The position numbers were made by a program, and so were the translations under genes. From positions 1 to 54,717 of the forward strand of contig JWZX01002799.1 of NCBI GenBank assembly GCA_001275005.1: a stretch of 54,717 nucleotides of DNA. The letters run 5' to 3'. The notes under the pieces were generated by a model. It ran no database searches and had not been told where the DNA came from. It saw only the letters and a program-made list of their open reading frames with translations. Of the stretch, positions 37,777 through 49,467 are shown in pieces (positions within the stretch are counted from its first letter, which is position 1; every line of letters starts with the position of its first letter). Source of the stretch: Chrysochromulina tobinii. Its lineage: Eukaryota.

Positions 37777-40700
37777 ATGCCGATAGTGCTTGCGATCGAT
37801 GATGTATCCGAGCAGACTGTAAGCATCGTGTGCCCCAGAAAGGTGGCCGGTGACGGCGGCTGGGCCTGGGACGAGGTGCGCGTGTGCCAATCGAGCATCG
37901 CTGGCTACGGGCTGCAGCCCCGCGAGAATAGCAACGTGGATTGGAGCGCGCCGAAGCATCCGATCGCATTGCCATTGCTTGGCCGCGAGACGGAGCTCAA
38001 CAGCCAGCAGGAGGTAGACATCTTTGTGCGCATACTCAAAGGTGCTCACCCGGTGTTCGACACCCGCTCCAACGCCTAGCCTCGTGCTTCCTATGCTCAC
38101 GTGCGATGGGCTGTGCACCCGCGTCGAGCAGGCGATTTCGTGGCGTTCCCGTTTGAGCAGATGCGGGCTCCACCGCCAGGAACCGCCTGGGCCGTCAACG
38201 GCGCCTACGTCGAGTCCGTCGCCGCCGAGCGCGTGCCCGAGGGCGAGCGGCTGGCGGCGGAGGACATCGTACTCCAAGTCAGTCTCGATGCGAGCGTGCG
38301 GCAGGCGAGCTGCAAGCAAGGCGAGAGCCGGCCAGTCGACCGCGAGACCTGCGTCTACCTGCTCAAGCGCGCGACGACCAGGCTGCTCCACATGCCTACT
38401 CACGTCTTCGCGGTCCTCGCTGCCCATCGGTGGCACCAGCACACAGATCGTCACTTTGCTACCCACTGCGCGTCGTTTCGGCGAAGCGTCAAATGGCACG
38501 CGCCTGATGGCAACGGATTGCCTCCCTCATCAGCCACAGATGGCCTCAAATGGAACGCGCCTGATGGCCACGGATTGCCTCCCTCATCAGCCACTGATTG
38601 CCTCCCTGATCAGCCACTGATTGCCTCACTCACCAGCCACTGATTGCCTCCCTCATCAGCCACGTGCTCGTAAACGCTCACCCAATCTTTGAGGACGCCG
38701 CGTACGCAGCGGGCTGCATCAACGAGCCGTTACGTGACGAAACCAGCTCGCTCGAGCTGCAATGCATGCAGCTGCGCGTGCTGCCGGCCGCGCAGCAGCC
38801 CGATCCATCTGCTCTGGCCCATTGGGAGACATTTGCCATCGAGTATCCGGAGGTGACGGAGAAGCAGCTGTGGTTCGTCACGCTACGTGAGCCACTGATT
38901 GCCACTGATTGCCACTGATTTTCTCCCTCATCAGCTGTGGTTCGTCACGCTACGTGAGCCACTGATTGCCACTGATTGTCTCCCTCATCAGCTGTGGTTC
39001 GTCACGCTACGTGAGCCACTGATTGCCGCTGTCGATCGCCACTGATTGCCACCGAGTGCCACTGAGTGCCATTAAATACCACTGATTGACATGAAATACC
39101 ACTGATGAGTACCACTGATGAGTACCACTGATTGCATCCCTCATCAGGCGAGAGCTACAATCTCGACGAGGAGCTCACTGCGACGTACGGCAGTGCGTAC
39201 CACCGCACGTACAGCACCGTGGACTTCACCCAGCCGCTGCCCTCGGTATGCATGAATGCATGCGCGCCTCTCCAATGCATGCGCGCCTCTCGAATGCATG
39301 CGCGCCTCCGAGCGCGTCTGATTGCGCCCCTCATCAGGTGCGTGTGCCTCTCGAAGTGCACTCGGACGAGGTGCAATCTCGCTCATGACCTCTGATGACG
39401 TCTGATTGCGCCCCTCATCAGGTGCGTGTGCCTCTCGAGGAGTACTCGGACGAGGTGCAATCTCGGGCCACGTGGCCGACGCGCGTCCCTGGCTGGTGGC
39501 ACCCCGACATGCAACCCATCCGGCGGCAGGTGAGAAGGACGCCCCTCGCAATCTGCTCGGGAAGATGTCCCTCTGATCTGAACGCTCATCTGGGACACTG
39601 GTGATGGGTCTCTGATGGCCTATAATGGACTCTGAGTGCCTCTGATTGCTTCTGATTGCCGATGATGACCTATCGTGGACTCTGATTGATTGCCTCTGAT
39701 TACGCCTCGTCGGGCAGGTGCTCACGAGACGCACTGATGACCTGTCTAATGACCTCTGATTGCCTCTGATTACGCCTCTGATTACGCAGGTGCTCACGAG
39801 GCGCAGTCGCTGCCGCGCCGTTGACGAACCTCTGATTGCCTCTGATTACGCCTCTGATTACGCAGGTGCTCACGAGGCGCAGTCGCTGCCGCGCCGTTGA
39901 CGAAGCGCGGGGCCAGTGGGAGGCCGGTGAGCTCCGTGTGGGACGTCCATCTCGCGAGATCGCACCTCGCGAGATCGCGCCTCGCGAGATCGCACCACCT
40001 CGCGAGATCGCTCCAGATGAGGACGAGATTGGACCAGATGAGGACGAGATTGGACCAGATGAGGACGAGATTGGTCCAGATGAGGACGAGATCGTGCTCG
40101 TGCGCGACTGGCAGAAGCTCATCCTCGCCCGCAAGCAGCTGCCCACGTCCCCAAACTCACCCCGCAAGCGACGAAACCCTATGGGCGCGCCTACCAAATA
40201 TGGAAAGCGCGGTGTCGCCCCAGAAGCGGCCAAACCCCGCACCAAGGCCCGCGCCACGTCATCGCTGCTCGAGGGTGTTGAGGTGTTTTGGGTCGTGCCG
40301 GGCCAATGCCAGACCCCTGGGTGCACTTTGAGTAAGTCCCAATCTCGACCCAATCTCGACCCAATCTCGACCCAATCTCGGCCCGTGCTCAGATTGCCAC
40401 CGCACCTGACCTCCGATGGACTCTGATGGCCTCTGATGACGCCTAAATGCCTCTGATGGCCTCTGATGGCCTCTGATGACCTCTGATGACCTCTGATGAC
40501 GCCTAAATGCCTCCTTCATCAGGTAAGCACCATCTCGGCCCGTGCTCAAGCGAGCTCATCACGCCCGGTGAGCGCCGCGCCTCGGCCATCCTAATTAAGG
40601 AGCGCCGCGCCTCGGCCATCCTGAGCCGCGAGATCGCACCTCGCGAGATCGCACCTCGGGCGGCCGGTGAGCGCCGCGCCTCGGCCATCCTGAGCCGCGA

Positions 40701-41163
40701 GGCGCATGCAAGTGCTCATCACGACGCCTCGGCCATCCTGAGCCGCGAGGCGCATGCAAGTGCTCAGCACGACGCCTCGGCCATCCTGAGCCGCGAGGCG
40801 CATGCAAGTGCTCATCAAGGCGCCTCGGCCATCCTGAGCCGCGAGGCGCATGCAAGTGCTCAGCACGACGCCTCGGCCATCCTGAGCCGCGAGGCGCTCG
40901 CGCGGCTCTGCGCGGCGCATGCAAGTGCTCAGCACGACGCGGAGCTCAGCCGCGCAGCGGACGATTTCCTAATTAGGGACCATGCCACGGAGGTGTGCGA
41001 GGCATGTGCGGGGACGCACGGCGTCCACACGTGCATGCAGTCATGCATGCAATCATGCATGCAATCATGCATGCAATCACGCCTGCTTCCGTGCAAGCGA
41101 CCGCGCTCGACTTCAAGCTCGGCCACGAGCGCGGCGATGGAGCCCCCCGAGAAGGAGGGCTGA
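37777..41163 (+). CDS. Divergent SET-domain-like protein, multi-exon; 3' extent uncertain
   Basis: VRVCQSSIAGYGL (N-SET), AAGCINEP (RFINH-like) and WFVTLR...LDEELTATYGSAY (C-SET ELxxDY-like) on successive exons, followed by low-complexity and Cys/His segments. Confidence 0.45.
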
Positions 41164-41374
41164 TGGCTGAACGTCGGGCGGTTGTAATCGCTCCAGTTCC
41201 GCGTCATGCTGAGCACTTTCATGCGCCTTACATTTGGGCGGCACGCGCGGCTCCGTCGGAAGATCTAAGGAAGATCATCTATGGGAGATCTTAGACGAGA
41301 TCTAAAGGAGAGACTAGCTTGGGCCATGAAATGCATCTATGGGAGACGAGATCTTAGGACGTCTTAGACGAGAT

Positions 41375-42500
41375 CTAAGCTGAGATACTAGCTGGGCCAT
41401 GTGAAACGCCATGACCCCACATGAGTACGGTCCGAGAATGTGTGCGGTGTCGAGCATGGCAACTGGGCTGCTTTTCCAACAGTGCAGCGCCAGGAGAGAC
41501 GGTCCCCGCCACCGCCCACACAGTCGCACTGACGCGCGCCGTTACCGTGGCATGAGAGACGGGCTCTGCCGCGCAGCCCCACACCAACGGCCCCACACAT
41601 GATGCCCACCTCGCGGCCCACCTCGCGCGATGCGCGTCTCCAGGCTTCGCCGCATCTCTCCCCTCTTGCGCCAACTCACTCTCCTCTCTTTCAGCTCTAC
41701 ACGTTGATTGCGACGCGTCGCGCAGGCCGCGGTAGTGCGGCATGTTGAGCTTGTGGCACCAGTAGTCGGTCTTGCTGCCGTGCTGCCCGTGCACGGGGCC
41801 GCAACGAAAGCGCAGCATCGCCGCCCCTTCCGCCGGGTCGTCGTGCACCGAGAAGAGCAGGTGGCACAGCAGCGTGCCGTCGACGCCGTCGTCCCACGTG
41901 CGCGGGCGCGCGCGGCGCGGGAGCGCCGCGAGCGCCTGCACCCACATGCCACATGTCGCACGTCACGACCAAGTCCTGCTCGTGGTCGAGGTGCAGCTCG
42001 CCGAGCGTCACGTACGCTCTCGCGCATGACATGTCGACGTTGAAGTTGCATGGGCACGCACCGCCGTGCGGGGGGCCACGCAGCGAAGAATCGGCTTGCG
42101 GAAGGCACTTGAGAAGGCGTCCTTGTAGCACCACGTTGCGGCGTAGCTGGCGTGCGCTGTCGGCCCACAGTACGTCACCGAGCGTAGAACGCACCTGCTT
42201 GGCAATGCGCTTGAGCAGCCCACTCCAACACTGCTGTGCGCGCTTGCGTGCCACCTTGGACAGTTTGACCGGGTGGGCGGGCTGGTACGCACGCAGGAAT
42301 TGAGCCGGTACCCGCGGGCAGAGATCGTGCCTTAGGGAGCCAGCCGTCACGGCTCGCGAGTCCGGGCTTGCCGGCGGCTCAGAGGACGCCCTCGGCGTTG
42401 AGCTCGAGTTTTGACATGAGCTGCGGAGAGCATGTGAGACCGCTGTTGTGCGCGGATGTCTGGAAATGGTCGCACTTACTTGTAGCGCGAAGGAAAACAT
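41375..42500 (-). pseudogene. Frameshifted gene resembling a DFF40/CAD-type His-Me nuclease domain
   Basis: Across frames: LRC(V)GPPHGGACPCNF...ELHLDHEQD...DGVDGTLLCHLLF...LRFRC...WCHKLNMPHY. 7-bp tandem duplication ccacatg at 41942-41955 and probable further indels near 42075 and 42135. Confidence 0.45.
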
Positions 42501-42654
42501 GGCGAGCACTTAGCGCGTCCTCCTGAGCGTTTTCGCTTGCGTACAGAAAAAAATTCAGCACCCTATTGAAAACACCTTTTAAGGCAGCTTCCAAATTAGG
42601 AAATGACTTCACAGAACCCACCGCAGCGACACATGTTCAAAGTGCTCGCACAAT

Positions 42655-45600
42655 CTACAGATACAACCGGAATCCATTCCGGCCCTTCACCGCATCTTGC
42701 ACCGCTGTTTTCCCTGCGTCTCCCAAATTAGTGCTTCCAAGCCACAGCATGGTCAGGACCGCGTTGACCTTCAGCGCCTCCGCGATCGCCTTGGCACCGT
42801 CGTCGCCGATCTTGTTGTTGTTGAGCCATAGCTTGGTCACGACTGCGTTGACCTTCAGCGCCTCTGCAATTGCCTTGGCGCCGTCGTCGCCGATGCCAGA
42901 GGAAGCAGAGGTAAACGGGCTACCAGCCAAATCCAGGCTGGTCAACACCGCGTTGACCTTCAGCGCCTCTGCGATCGCCTTGGCACCGTCGTTGCCGATG
43001 TTGTTGTGATAGAGGCGCAGCTCGGTCAGGACCGCGTTGACCTTCAGCGCCTCCGCGATCGCCTTGGCACCCACCGCACCGATGTTGTTCGCGTCCAGGT
43101 GCAGGGTGGTCAAGACCGCGTTGACCTTCAGTGCCTCCGCGATCGCCTTAGCACCCACGACCCCGATCTCGTTGCCCCCGAGCGAGAGCCTTATTCAGGA
43201 CCGCATTTACCTTCAGTGCCTCCGCGATGGCCTTGGCACCCTCAACCCCGATGTTGTTGACTCTGAGGTTGAGGGTGGTCATCACCGCGTTGACCTTCAG
43301 CGCCTCCGCGATCGCCTTGGCACCCTCGTCCCCGATGTTGTTGTGTTCCAACACCAAGCAGGTCAAGACCGCCATGAACTGCAGGTCCGACCTGATCAGG
43401 ATGGCGTCGGCGGGTTGGAGGCCCTTCTTCAGGCCCTTCTTCGAGAAGTCGGCCTCCGTCTGGTCGCGTTTCATGCCCGAGAGCATGATGCCCCTCTCTG
43501 CGCCGATCTTGGCGAGCATCGTGGCCGACTCAACGTCCAGGCTGTTCTGGAGCAAGTTGCAGTTCTTGAGCACCGCCATGAACTGCAGGTCCGACCCGAT
43601 CAGGATGGCGTCGGCAGGTTGGAGGCCCTTGCTCGAGAAGTCGGCCTCCGTCTGGTCGCGCTTCATGCCCGAGAGCATGATGCCCCTCTCCGCGCCGATA
43701 TTGGCGAGCATCGTGGCCGACTCAACGTCGAAGCGGTTCTTGAGCAGAGTGAGCTCTGCAATCGAGAGAACGGCGCCGTCCGACGTGACCGTGCGAAAGG
43801 TCGTGTTCGTCTTGAGCGCCTCGACCATCCCCTTGCCGCTCTCCGCGCCGATCTCGTTGCCACCCAAGTCAAGCTGCCTCAGCGTCGTGTTCTTCGCCTG
43901 GAGCGCCACCGCGAGCGCGCAGCCGCTCGCATCGCCCAGCTTGTTGCCATTGAGGCTCAGCTGCGTCAGCGTCGTGTTCGCCTGGAGCGCCTCGACTATC
44001 TTCACACCCTCGCCATCAGTCAACTTGTTCTCTCGCAGGCTGAGCGACGCCAGCACACGCATCAGCTGCGCCACTGCAGCGACCATTGTCGGCCGATCTC
44101 CCCCAACAAGCTTCTTGCTCAGGTCGAGCTCATCACCCAACCTGGCCGTCTGCTTCAGCCCCTTGCCAAAGGCGTCGCCCATCTCGCTGCCGAGCGTGAC
44201 CGCGTTGGCCCAAAACGCCGGCCATTGCCACGGCGGCGGCGACCCCTTAGGGAGGCGGTACTTGCCCGAGCAGATGGCCTGCGCTGCAAAAAACTCCTGG
44301 AAGGACAGGTGCGCAGACTGCATCTGGAGCGGCTCGACCTGCAGCAGGCTGAGAAGAGGGAGCCTATCCTGCCCCACGCGCTCGCGAACCTGCGCGACCG
44401 CCGCCCGCTCATCATCGCGCAGTGCCTGGACCGCGCCGCCCAGGGCATGAAGGCGCTCCGCATCCGCTCTCGCCATCTGCGCCCGGCAAGCAGCTTCATC
44501 CAGCCCGGACGATGCGAGCTGCTTGGGGCTCAGCCACTCTGTGGCGCCGTCCGCCAGCTTGACCTTGTAATCTGTTTTGTCGTCCTTGACGATCACGCCG
44601 TGTTGGCCCTTCCGCTCGCCGTCCAGCAGCTCCACGTAGTGGCCCTCCTCCGGCCGGCCCTTGAATGTCTTGAAGAGGTTCGACACCTTCGACGTCTTCG
44701 CCACCTTCGCATCCAGGTCGGTGAGCATCCCCGGCGGCGCAAAGGCGCCCAGCGCCGCGCGCAGGAGCTGCACGTCGGTGATCACGCGCGCCTGCGCCAC
44801 GTGCGCCTCGAAGAACACAACTTCCAGAAGCGTGCGAACTTCTGCAGTCACGCCGCCGCCGCGAGCGAGCATCGCGTCCGATGCGCTCGCGTACAGCTCG
44901 ACGACCGTCTTCGGCATGCCCAGCCCTTTGCGGATCTCGAAGACCGACGCGACCATCGAGAGCATCAGCGGGTTGGCCGTGACGCGATGCTGCATCGTCG
45001 TCGCAGCAAGATCCGTGCTCGTTGGCATGCGCTCGACAAAGGTCATCAGCTGCCTCACGTCCGCCGCATTCCCCAGCCGCTGCAGCAGCGCCTGCTCCTG
45101 CTGCGCCTCGGTCAGCGGCGCCAGCTTCAGCAAGCGGAAGCCGGAAAAGCGCGCCTCGTCGACGCCCGCTGGCCGCGAGGTGCAGAGAATCACGTGGCCC
45201 TGCGGTGCCAGCACCTCGACGATATGCTGCTCAATCTCGGCGCGCTTGGCGCCCGCCTCGTCGAGCCCGTCGAGGAGGAGCAGCGCGCGCCGCGCCATCA
45301 TCGCCTGGCGCAGCATGCGGTACACCTCGGGCCTCTCAGTGAGGCAGAAGTACGCGTCGATCCAGTTCCAGTGCGACGCGAACGCGTCAGGTGCATCGTG
45401 CAGCTTCGCCTGGAGCAGCTGCACCTTGATCACGATGGGCACCAACTCGGCGCAATTGAGCGCCAGGACCACCGCCTGGCTGATGAGCGTCGTCTTGCCC
45501 GCTGCGGGCGGCGCGGTGAGCAGCGCGGCTCCCGGAGCAGTGATCGCCTCGCCGCGGCGTCGTACAGCATGTAGCGAGTGCAGCCAATCGCTCAGGCCGT

Positions 45601-48600
45601 GCACGCCGCGCAAGCCATCCAGATCGGCATCTCCCATCACTTCGATGGCCACGCACTGCTGCAGCGCATCTAGCCGATTGCCGGAGAGCGCATCGAAGAT
45701 CTGCGTGTGCTGCTTGCGCAGCTCCCGCGTCCACCACTCGTGCATCGCCTTGAAGGCGACCTGCGGCAGCTCGCGCGGCGCGTGGTTCCATGGGTGCAGC
45801 GCGAGCGTGGCTGGTGGCTCGCCGCTGCTGCCCTCCAAGAAGGTGAGGCCGTGGCAGAGGCCGTCGCCGCCCGCCGTGGCCACATCGGCATCGCGCCAGC
45901 CGCCGGCCGTACGCACGGTGAGCGGCTGGCCGGCGGCGTAGCGCCGGGCGCCGCTGGCGCCGCTGGAGCGCAGCGCCGCAATGAGCGCGGCCTCGAGCGC
46001 GACGGGCTGCAGTTGAGACGTTAGCCTCTCGACCGCCGCACGCACCATGCCGAGCGCGGCTTGGAGCTGTGTGGGATCGCCCTGTTGTGCTTTGAAGAGC
46101 GTCGCCGCCGCATCCACGCACGACTGCACGGCGCCACCCGCCTCGCGCGCCGCGTGCGCGATGCTTTGGCACCGCGCCGCGCCGTCGGCAATCTCGCGTG
46201 CCCGCTCGCCCACGGCGCGCAGAGCCGACTCAGACTCCATCAACCGAGCATCGTCCGCCAGGCGACGTGCAGGCTCGGCGAGGTCTCGAAGCGCACGCGC
46301 ATCGCCGACGAACGCGGCGTCCCAGCCGGCGGCGGGCGGCCGCCACGGCAGTACCGCCTGGCTGCATCGGTCGTAGGCGAGCTCGGCGTCATCACCGCCC
46401 ATGACGGCGGCAGCGACGCGTCCCCCGGTCGCATCGACGACGCCAAAGCGCGGCCCGTCGCCCGCGCTGTTCCCCTGCCAAGAGAGTAAGAGCAGCGGTT
46501 GTCCCTCGGCGACGCGCAGCGGCGATGCGGCGGGCGCATCGACCTGCGGCAGCGGCTCCGCCGGCGCGGCCGTCGCGCTGCCGGACGCAAGCATCTGAAG
46601 CGATCCGAGTGTGTTTGTCAGCGCACCAACGGTGTCGTGCACGTACTTCGTGTACAAGCCAACAACAACCACGGGGTGATCGCCCTTGCTCGTGAACTTG
46701 GAATTTTGGATCCGCTCAATGTCGGCAGCAACATTTAGCTCGCCCGCCTCAACCTCAACGGGTGTCGCGTCCGCGTCGCTGCTCAGCGCAAAGACCTTCG
46801 GCTGCAGCTGATCGAGGTGCACCTGGAGCGCGGGGTAGGCCGTCAACCGCTTCATCAGCTCCCGGCTCAAGGAGTCCTCACAGCAGCACCTGGGTGGGAC
46901 AGTGTGGCAGACGCGTGAGGGATGAGAGGGGATCCCATCACATCTGTGCAGAATAGAAAGGGCAGCGCTCACCATCCACGAGAAAAGTACGGCGTCTCGT
47001 TGTAAAGCGTGTCGAGCCCCTCGCAAAGGCCGGGCCAGGCACCCGCGTCCTTGGCCGCGACGGCAGAGGTGTGCGAGGCAAAGCGCACAATTGGGGGGCT
47101 GTGGTTGAGGTGGCAGCTCTCAATAGTTCCGAACCTGATGAGTGCCGCGCGTACCTTGTTCTCGTCTAAGTTTGCGCTCAACTTGAACAAGCAGACAACG
47201 CCATCGAATTCTGCTGGCCGGGGTGGGATCTCCTCGATCTGGAGCACGGTCGTTGCAAGGATCGATGCATACAGCTGATTCATCGCCCCACCCTCGAGTG
47301 CAAGCTTAAAGGAAGCAGCCTGCTCCGGTGTCCTTGGTGCCTGATACAGCGATCCAAAGTCCCAGAACAAGGCTTCAATTCGGATTACCATCCCCATCAG
47401 AGCGCGTCGAAGCACGCGGACGCGCGAGCCGTCCGGATCCGGATCGCCTGGACTGAGCCAGCCGTAGGTAAGCGCGCCGATGCTCCGATCTCCACGCTCG
47501 ACGAGCGCTGCGGCCTCTTCACAGCTCAGCAGCGGCGACGGCGAGACCCCGCTCCTTTCAATCTCCTCGAGCGCCTGCCGATTCGGCATCTTGAAGTTGG
47601 CCGGCTGCATCAGTAGCCACTTCACGGATAGCAACCGAATCGCTCCTTGCAGAAGGACTTGTATGAGGATGGTGTCGAGCTCTGTGAGCGCCTGACGCAG
47701 CTTTGGCGGCAGCGGTGTACCCGGAGCTGCCTCCGGCACGTCAAGGCCGAGACTCACTAGTTTCCTCTTGTGTTGTTCGCCCACATCGACGAGAAACACC
47801 GACCGCTCCTGCGCCGATGCACCTTCGTAGGCAGCCTTGATGTCCGCGTCTGGGCTCTCGTCGGTCAAAGCAGAGGCACCCGCACCCATGCCGCCTCGGA
47901 CACGCAAAATCCCCGCCAGACGCTCCCCTGCCGCCAGCTCAATCACGTCAACAATGGAGATGCCGTTCTCGACGTTCGTCGGCTCGGCCACCGCCCCTGC
48001 CGACGCCGCCTCTGCTGACACCGCCTCTGCCGACGCCGCTTCTCCCTCCGTCGCCGCTCCGGCCGCCGGCAGCACAACTTCCCTCTTCTTCCGCCTACGG
48101 TTGGCGGCCCTGGCGACGAGCCTGAGGATCTTGGTGCACGAGATGATGAAGACATGCACGGCGGAGGTAACCACGAAGAGCCAGAGGCGAGGATTCGTGA
48201 GGAACCAATGCAGAACTACGAGGATAGAGAGCGCGCCGTCCTTGTCGCGATTGAACGCATTGAAGGCCAAGAGTTCCTCGATGAATCGAATGGCCGGGTC
48301 GATGAAATACCACACGGTGGCACGCGGCTTCGCCCACTGGCTTTGCTTCAGGGCACTCATCATGCCATCGAGAGAGCAAGTGCGAGAGATGAGCCCCATC
48401 GCAGGCTCGCGCGTCCTCTGGGTGCCATGGGCTACGAACTCGGCGGGGAAAGCGACGCCGCTGCTTACCGTGGCTGCTGCCGCAGCAAGCGACGAGTTGT
48501 AGGGCGGCGGGGCTGAACAACGGGCCTGAGTGGCATTATCGCCGGCCAAGCCGATCATTGGGGTCGAAACCTTGCCCAGGAGCGGATCGAGTCGAATTGA

Positions 48601-48645
48601 GAGCGTCAAGAGCGCGAGGAGAGAGCTGTACGCCATTTGTGCCAT
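42655..48645 (-). CDS. NLR-type protein: N-terminal TM + HET(TIR-like) domain + NACHT NTPase + NLRC3-like LRRs (intron 46972-46890; +1 frameshift near 43189)
   Basis: GALTYGWLSPGDPDPDG, LFWDFGSLYQ, MNQLYAS, PYFSRGW|CCCE. Walker A LTAPPAAGKTT, Walker B LLLLDGLDE, ILCTSRP, NPLMLSM, HLSFQEFFAA. Many 28-aa repeats L.L..N.IG..GAKAIAEALKVNAVLT. An alternative start at 48720 is possible. Confidence 0.85.
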
Positions 48646-48956
48646 CGAGACCTGTGCAGAAGATTGTCTGGAGACCCGCGCGATGTCGGATGTGTTTCTC
48701 CGTTTGCTGGGAACATACATACAGGGCGCCGTCCCGGTAGTGATGGGGCAGGGCCGGCGTGCCCCGCGCCGAGAGCACTGTGTGTTCTGCGACGCGTTGA
48801 ATTTGTCACTTTACGGATTACGCTCCCCGCGCCACACTCAGAGGCGAGAGATGTGCGCTCTTGAGTCTTTCCCCTATCGGACGGCGCATCGGCGCGTGCG
48901 GGGGCGTACCGGTGCCGGCACCAGCACCTCCAGTGCCGGCACCAGTTCCGTAGCGC

Positions 48957-49187
48957 TCAGGGCCACTCATACACCGCGAGCCCCGTCCACTGTGCCATCT
49001 GGCCGAGGTGCCTGAAGGTGTTGTTGAAGTACTTGACGGCGCGCAGCTTGGTGTCCGGGCCGAGGGAGAAGGGCTTGCGTAGCCCAGGCTGGTAGCCGAA
49101 GAGGCAGGGGGGGATGTCCAGGTAGCTACGCTCGTTGAACACGTCGGAGAGCGCGCCGTACCGGGCGTCGCCGTAGTCGGCGGTCAC
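48957..49187 (-). other. Short coding-like fragment of unknown protein (possible exon or gene remnant)
   Basis: GC3-rich codons (DYGDARYGALSDVFNERSYLDIPPCLFGYQPGLRKPF), no recognised domain. Confidence 0.3.
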
Positions 49188-49467
49188 GTTGCACAGGAGC
49201 TTACCTGTGTCGTCATTCCACAGCTCCTACGTACGCACGAGGGTGCATGGCAGTGGCCAGTGCAGCGTCGATCACCAGCGGTGTGATCGTCTTGAAGTGA
49301 AGCTTCCCATCCTTTGCCGGCTGTGCACGCCCGCGCCGTCAATCTGGCCGTTCGGGCCGCCGTCGCCAATGGCCGTCGCAGCCCGCGTCGCAGAGTTGAT
49401 TGGCGACTAATCGGAAAAGATAAAACGCCTAGGCAGTGAAGCAGTGTCTGTGCGAAAACACCCTGCA

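Noticed and set aside
41260..41400. gagatcttagacgagatctaa repeats
   Set aside because: Short local tandem duplication between convergent genes, with no supportable function.
43037..45941. Long plus-strand ORFs (845 aa, 407 aa, 426 aa)
   Set aside because: Antisense shadows of the GC3-rich NACHT-LRR gene with no motifs of their own.
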